From Sulfolobales archaeon (GTDB lineage Archaea; Thermoproteota; Thermoprotei_A; Sulfolobales; NBVN01), in the NCBI GenBank assembly GCA_038841535.1, contig JAWBTQ010000003.1, positions 91,174 through 155,173 of the forward strand: a stretch of 64,000 nt of DNA. The letters run 5' to 3'. The position numbers were made by a program, and so were the translations under genes. How positions within the stretch are numbered: the first letter of the stretch is position 1; each line of letters opens with the position of its first letter. Below are positions 58,781 to 64,000 of this stretch, one piece after another. The notes under the pieces were generated by a model. The model saw only the letters and a list, made by a program, of their open reading frames with translations, made no database searches and was not told where the DNA came from.

Positions 58781-59408
58781 AGGTAGCCACCCTCTTGGCT
58801 ATATCAGCTGAGTCCTCAAGCTTGTCTAAAGCTTCCTTAAGTATAGACGCCCCAACAAAGTCTCCCGATATTTTCAAGCACTCCAACCCCCCCTCCCTAT
58901 AGAGCTCGTCAATAGAGTCTTCAACCTTTACTGCTTCTGAGAACATCTCCTTAATGACCTTATTGTTGTCTACGTTCCTGATCATGTCACTCAACATGTC
59001 TATAAGCGACATTATCTTCTTAGATACTTCACTAATTATCACGTAGATCTTGTCCGGTATTTTACCTCCAAGCTTATTTACTAAGAATATCCTATAAGCA
59101 GCTGCTTCAAGATCCTCGGCTATTCTCATGGTCTCGTCGATAACCATTACGTATAGTTCACGTGAGGATATGTACTCAGATACCTTAATAAAGTACTCCA
59201 TTAAGCTCATAGACGCACTCTCGATATCGTTCTTTAGCTTTCTAACTTTATCGTATCTCTTTTCGATAAGCAGACTCTGAGTAAGGTCTGTTTCTCTAAT
59301 CATGGTGTTCAGTTCTCTTATCTCGTCAGACATCAGTCTGTAGATACCCATGAGTTGCTCAACAATATTAGACTCAGCTAAACTCACTTCAGCACCTGAG
59401 TAGCTCAT
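58752..59408 (-). CDS. DUF47/PhoU-like helical protein
   Basis: VEDSIDELYRE, LDKLEDSAD repeats. Confidence 0.7.
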   Translation of the reverse strand: MSYSGAEVSLAESNIVEQLMGIYRLMSDEIRELNTMIRETDLTQSLLIEKRYDKVRKLKNDIESASMSLMEYFIKVSEYISSRELYVMVIDETMRIAEDLEAAAYRIFLVNKLGGKIPDKIYVIISEVSKKIMSLIDMLSDMIRNVDNNKVIKEMFSEAVKVEDSIDELYREGGLECLKISGDFVGASILKEALDKLEDSADIAKRVATYIWFLSSFK

Positions 59409-59884
59409 CCTAATCTCCCAAGACTGTGTTTCAAGAGATATTTAAATATATCTTACTGCTGAACACCTCGAGAGCGTTAACCAAGCAGCACTTTCAATAC
59501 AGAGCGTTGCGTTATTTCGTCAATCACTAATAGTAAAGCCCGTTTAGTGTTTTTACGCTCTTCGCAAGTCTCTCTAGGTAACTATGAATCCGCCGTGTCT
59601 CTAGTGAATTAGTTCATAAGCCGCTCGTAGCATAGTACCTGCTGGAGTACTCCGTTCAATTACTCAAAAGTAAATACTAGTGTCGAAAAGACCCGAACCA
59701 TGTAGATCTCTCGACGTATAGCATAAAACGCCTGGGTCAAGCAACTACGTGTGAGCAAAACCCGTGGTATTTTTGCGTAGCAACAGTGTTTACGGCATAT
59801 GACGCTGTTAGTAGTTAGGTGATGCGTCATTCGTAGCATTATTGCTAAGCTAAATTTGTTGTGGTAGTATACCGTAGTTGAGGT

Positions 59885-60898
59885 GTGAGGTTGGAGCTCC
59901 CTGAGCGTCTCGTGAGCTTAGCGAGTACTGTTAGCTCCATGACGTACAGAAGGATAGAGGAGCTAGTGTCTGGTCAACCAAAGGAGCTTTATGATGCGTC
60001 TATGCACTTGATTAGAGCTGGTGGTAAGAGGCTTAGACCCCTACTTGTTGCTCTTACCTCTAAGATGTACGGGCTCTCACTAGAGATCTCGTCGTGGGCA
60101 GCAGCAGCTGTTGAGATATTTCATAATTTCACGCTGGTGCATGACGACATAATGGATAGAGACGAGTATAGAAGAGGGGTTCCGACAGTTCACAAAATCT
60201 GGGGTGAAGCTCTCGCTATAGTAGCCGGAGACCTCCTCTTTGCGAAGTCGTATGAAGCTCTCCATAGGTTGCTAGACTACGGCTTAAGCTACGAGAGAGT
60301 CGTTTCAGCGATTAGGGAGTTGACTTGGGCGGCTAGAACAGTTGCTGAAGGTCAGGCACTAGACTTACTCTTTACTTCTAGAGACAACGTTACAGTAAGT
60401 GAGTATATAGAGATGGTCGAAAAGAAAACAGCCGGGCTATTTAGGTCTTCTGTACTCATAGGTGCCATAATTGCCGGAGCTTCCGATGACGAGTTAGCTA
60501 ACCTAGCTGAGTTTGCCACAGATATCGGTATAGCGTTTCAGATAAGAGACGATGAACTAGGTTTAGTAGCCGACGAAAAGACGTTAGGTAAGCCTAAGTA
60601 TAGCGACCTCAGGGAGGGAAAGAAGACCATACTCGTTCTCTACGCCCTAGAGAGAGCAAACGAGGAACAAAGGAAGACCATACTCAACTCACTAGGGAGA
60701 AGTAACGTAAGGCGAGATGAGCTTGAGAAGGCAGCTAGAACAATAGTAGAAATTGGGGCACTGGAGTTCAGTAATAAGCTCGCAGAGGAGTTTATAAGAA
60801 AAGGTATAGAAGCCCTATATCTAACAAACCCCAGAGATAACGAAGCTAGAGAGATGCTTAGGGATCTTGCTTATTACGTAACTAGGCGATCCTACTAG
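59885..60898 (+). CDS. Geranylgeranyl diphosphate synthase
   Basis: GGKRLRP, LVHDDIMD, GQALD, FQIRDD, DLREGK. Confidence 0.93.
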   Translation: MRLELPERLVSLASTVSSMTYRRIEELVSGQPKELYDASMHLIRAGGKRLRPLLVALTSKMYGLSLEISSWAAAAVEIFHNFTLVHDDIMDRDEYRRGVPTVHKIWGEALAIVAGDLLFAKSYEALHRLLDYGLSYERVVSAIRELTWAARTVAEGQALDLLFTSRDNVTVSEYIEMVEKKTAGLFRSSVLIGAIIAGASDDELANLAEFATDIGIAFQIRDDELGLVADEKTLGKPKYSDLREGKKTILVLYALERANEEQRKTILNSLGRSNVRRDELEKAARTIVEIGALEFSNKLAEEFIRKGIEALYLTNPRDNEAREMLRDLAYYVTRRSY

Positions 60899-60908
60899 CG
60901 GTGGTTTT

Positions 60909-61364
60909 TTGTCTCTAAAGCCTGGTGAGGCTTCAGCTAAGGTTTTAAAGGACTTAGATGAAGTATTGAGGTACTATAGACCGGCAGAATGCTATATAGA
61001 GAACACCAAGATAGAGTGTCACGAACTAGCTCTCGAGTTGATTAGGAAAAGGAGTGTTGAAGCAGATCTTACGGTATGTAATAGAAGGAGAGACATATGC
61101 TTAAGTCTAGCTAGAGGCTCGAAGGTAGCTATAGTAGAGATATCTGGTTCGGAAGTTTACCCGCAGGTCGATATAGGTGATTATGTGAGAGTTAATGAAC
61201 TGCTAGCTTACATAATAACCGGCAAAGGTGAAGTCAGGAGTAAGAGGTCTGCTCTAGAGGGTTATGTTGCGTTGTTGTACGAGGATCCGGCGTCAAGACC
61301 GTTAAAGTGCTACATTATACTAACTACAGAAGGGGGTGTAGTAAGTGGAAGTCAAGAAAGTTAG
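60909..61364 (+). CDS. DUF2118-like protein
   Basis: GDYV...LAYIITGKGEVR...EGYV pattern. Confidence 0.6.
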   Translation: MSLKPGEASAKVLKDLDEVLRYYRPAECYIENTKIECHELALELIRKRSVEADLTVCNRRRDICLSLARGSKVAIVEISGSEVYPQVDIGDYVRVNELLAYIITGKGEVRSKRSALEGYVALLYEDPASRPLKCYIILTTEGGVVSGSQES

Positions 61365-63117
61365 AGAGATAGCACTAAAGCATGCTTTAAGGAACTCGAT
61401 CGACCATGGGGGTAAAGCTTTAGAAAGTGCTGTAGTTAGCAAAGTCCTTGGGGAGTTACCTGAATTAAGGAAGTATGCTAAGCAAATAGCAGAAGTAGTT
61501 AGGGAGGTAGTTAGCTTTGTGAACTCTCTCTCCATAGAGGAGCAAGTTAAACTTGTTAAAGAGAAATTTCCCGAGTTCTTTGAGGAAACTAAACAAGTCG
61601 AGCGCAGAGAAGAAAAAGTCCTTCCGCCGTTACCTGGGGTAGATAAACACAAAAGCGTTAAGACTCGATTCGCACCTAATCCAGATTTCTACATACACTT
61701 AGGGAACGCTAGACCTGCCTTACTCAGTTACGAATATGCTAAGGAATATAATGGAGTTTTCATTCTCAGATTTGAGGATACTGACCCTAGGATCAAGAAA
61801 CCTTTACCGGAGGCATATAAAGCTATCAGGGAAGACTTAAAATGGCTAGGAATTTCTTGGAACGAGGAGTACGTTCAGTCGTTGAGGATGGAGCTATACT
61901 ACAATGTTGCTAAAGAGCTTATTGCCCGAGGTGGAGCTTACGTAGATTTGTGCAGGCGTGAGGAGTTTAGAAAGCTTAAGCTCGAAAGGAGGCCGTGTCC
62001 CCACAGAGCCCAGAGTTCAGAGGAATCTTTGGAGCTCTTCGATAAGATGTTGTCCGGCTACTTTACCGAGGGAGAGGCTGTAATGAGAGTTAAAACGGAC
62101 CTAACCAGCCACGATCCATCGCTAATAGATTGGGTAGCATTTAGGGTAGTAGATACCTCAAGGTATCCACACCCACTAACCGGAGATAGATACGTTGTTT
62201 GGCCAACGTATAACTTTGCCGCAGGCGTTGACGACAGGCTTATGGGCGTTACCCACATACTTAGGGGTAAGGAACACGCTATAAACACTTTGAAGCAGCT
62301 TTATGTCTACAGAGCACTGGGATGGGAGTATCCAGAAGTAATAAACTTAGGAAGATTAAGACTTGAGGGAATGATCCTAAGTAAGAGTAAGATAAAGGAA
62401 TTTCTCAAGAAAAGTAGTAGAGTAGAAGTCGATGATCCGAGGTTTGGGACGCTGAGGTCGTTAAGGAGGCGAGGGATTCTCCCCGAGGTTGTTAGAGAGA
62501 TAATCATGGAAGTAGGAGTTAAGGGAACTGATGCAACTATTAGCTGGGAGAACATCGCATCACTGAATCGGAAAAAGATAGACCCGGTGTCCCCTAGAGT
62601 CATGGCTGTGCTTGATCCAGTAAGGGTTGTGATAAGAGGCGTACCTAAAGAACTCAATTTGAGGGTTCTAAAGCTAAGCTATCATCCATCTAATACGTCT
62701 CTTGGTTCTAGAACCATTGACCTTGGTTCGGATGATCAGGTCGAAGTTTTCATTAGCAGAGAGGACTACGGTACATTAAGTAGAGACGGTTCTCTGAGGT
62801 TACTCGAGTTCTGCAACATTGCGGTTGAGAGTGCATATAGAGAGCATGTAGAGGCGAGATTTGTGGGGTCAGGTGTAGAGCAGGCTAGGAAATCAGGCCT
62901 GAAGATAGTGCAGTGGGTTCCGGTAGCTAGCCACGCTAAGTTGGAGCTACTTAAGCCTGAGAAACTTAAGCTTAGAGTAGTTCGCGGTATAGCTGAGAAA
63001 GTCATCACGGAATTCCCACCTGGTAGGCTTCTTCAGCTAGTGCGCATAGGCTTCGTCAAGCTAGAGAAAGTCTCTGAAAAAAGGAGGCAAGTAAGAGCTA
63101 TCTACGTGCACGACTAG
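61345..63117 (+). CDS. gltX: Glutamate-tRNA ligase (likely non-discriminating, given gatDE)
   Basis: RFAPNP, HLGN, LRFEDTDP, VTHILRGKEH, LSKS. Confidence 0.95.
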   Translation: MEVKKVREIALKHALRNSIDHGGKALESAVVSKVLGELPELRKYAKQIAEVVREVVSFVNSLSIEEQVKLVKEKFPEFFEETKQVERREEKVLPPLPGVDKHKSVKTRFAPNPDFYIHLGNARPALLSYEYAKEYNGVFILRFEDTDPRIKKPLPEAYKAIREDLKWLGISWNEEYVQSLRMELYYNVAKELIARGGAYVDLCRREEFRKLKLERRPCPHRAQSSEESLELFDKMLSGYFTEGEAVMRVKTDLTSHDPSLIDWVAFRVVDTSRYPHPLTGDRYVVWPTYNFAAGVDDRLMGVTHILRGKEHAINTLKQLYVYRALGWEYPEVINLGRLRLEGMILSKSKIKEFLKKSSRVEVDDPRFGTLRSLRRRGILPEVVREIIMEVGVKGTDATISWENIASLNRKKIDPVSPRVMAVLDPVRVVIRGVPKELNLRVLKLSYHPSNTSLGSRTIDLGSDDQVEVFISREDYGTLSRDGSLRLLEFCNIAVESAYREHVEARFVGSGVEQARKSGLKIVQWVPVASHAKLELLKPEKLKLRVVRGIAEKVITEFPPGRLLQLVRIGFVKLEKVSEKRRQVRAIYVHD

Positions 63118-63200
63118 GAACTATGAACTGGTTGAGTAGGACGTTTATAGCCTGCTTCTTTTAAAGGTAAATGTTTCACATAAGGTAATTAGGGTTGCGT

Positions 63201-64000
63201 ATGGATTTAAAGTTCCTGGACTTACCTGAACTCAGGCTGAAGTACTATGTTTTCGGATCTGGAGGCTCTCCTCGAATTCTAATTACAGCAGCTATTCATG
63301 GTGATGAAGTCACTGGAGTGTTTGCTGCTTACAAGCTAGTTGAATACCTTAAGCAAAAGGGTAGTGTTAGTGGGACCGCGATCATTATGCCAGTAGTCAA
63401 CGTGCTGGGGTTCAATGCTAGGACGAGGTTTAATCCCGTAGATTACGTGGATATGAACAGAGTTTTTCCTGAAGGCACCGGTTCAGTGATCACGAAAAAG
63501 ATAGTTAAGTTCGTATGGGAGCTAGCATCTTCATCTGACTACGTACTCGACCTCCACTGCGCTGGTCTAAACTCTTACCAGTATATTCTCGCCCTGCACA
63601 AGGAGTTCCCAAAGGTGAGGGAGTTCGCTGATACCATCCCGTGGGATACAGCCGTAGAGTCTACGGGAACACGCGGGCAGCTGTTTGTTGAAGCAACACA
63701 CAAAGGAATACCGGCAGTGATTATTGAGACTGGAGGAGGTGACGGTTACTACGACAAGAAGTGGGGAGAAGAACTTTATAGAGTTACCCTAGGAATGCTA
63801 GTAAACCTTGGGATAGTTAGCGATAGTAACGTCTCTACTTACTCAAAGAGAGAAAAGACCTACTATGGTAAGCTAGTTCATGTGAAAACTCCTGTGGAGG
63901 GTTTCCCGGAGTTTACCGTAGAGCCGGGAGCGTTCGTAATGAAGGGCGATGTCCTAAGTCAGGTTAGTGGAGAGACTATTCGATCACCTGTCTCGGGTAA
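63201..64000 (+). CDS. Succinylglutamate desuccinylase/aspartoacylase (M14) family, truncated by window edge
   Basis: Manual translation MDLKFLD...AAIHGDEVTG...DMNRVFP...VLDLHC; not in the ORF track. Confidence 0.85.
   Translation, partial: MDLKFLDLPELRLKYYVFGSGGSPRILITAAIHGDEVTGVFAAYKLVEYLKQKGSVSGTAIIMPVVNVLGFNARTRFNPVDYVDMNRVFPEGTGSVITKKIVKFVWELASSSDYVLDLHCAGLNSYQYILALHKEFPKVREFADTIPWDTAVESTGTRGQLFVEATHKGIPAVIIETGGGDGYYDKKWGEELYRVTLGMLVNLGIVSDSNVSTYSKREKTYYGKLVHVKTPVEGFPEFTVEPGAFVMKGDVLSQVSGETIRSPVSG

Overview
A gene-dense chromosomal segment of a hyperthermophilic crenarchaeon (Thermoprotei, probably Desulfurococcales-like). Most genes are housekeeping: translation and tRNA machinery (rpl13e, rps17e, ABCE1/Rli1, gatDE, gltX, aIF1, aIF5A, SRP54, Pus10, aTrm56, TtuA/NcsA, splicing endonuclease), transcription (TFB, TFE, Rpo8), PolB3, Mo/W-cofactor genes with an AOR, a BMP-type nucleoside ABC transporter, lipid synthesis genes, and the start of a type IV pilus locus. 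Four complete tRNA genes are present: Thr-TGT, Thr-CGT, intron-containing elongator Met and Asp-GTC. The most striking feature is a stand-alone 3' half of tRNA-Gln at 44924-44987, with its own TATA box and a GC-rich leader ending in correct bulge-helix-bulge geometry, i.e. a candidate trans-spliced (split) tRNA-Gln whose 5' half I could not find in the window. Also notable: an unannotated 28-aa Glu/Trp-only micropeptide upstream of ABCE1; two tRNA-processing genes whose conserved N-termini need non-canonical ATC/ATA starts; a GlmS homolog lacking its glutaminase catalytic residues; and dispersed non-coding remnants resembling IS200/IS605 tnpB 3' ends. All calls come from manual reading and motif recognition; no searches were run.
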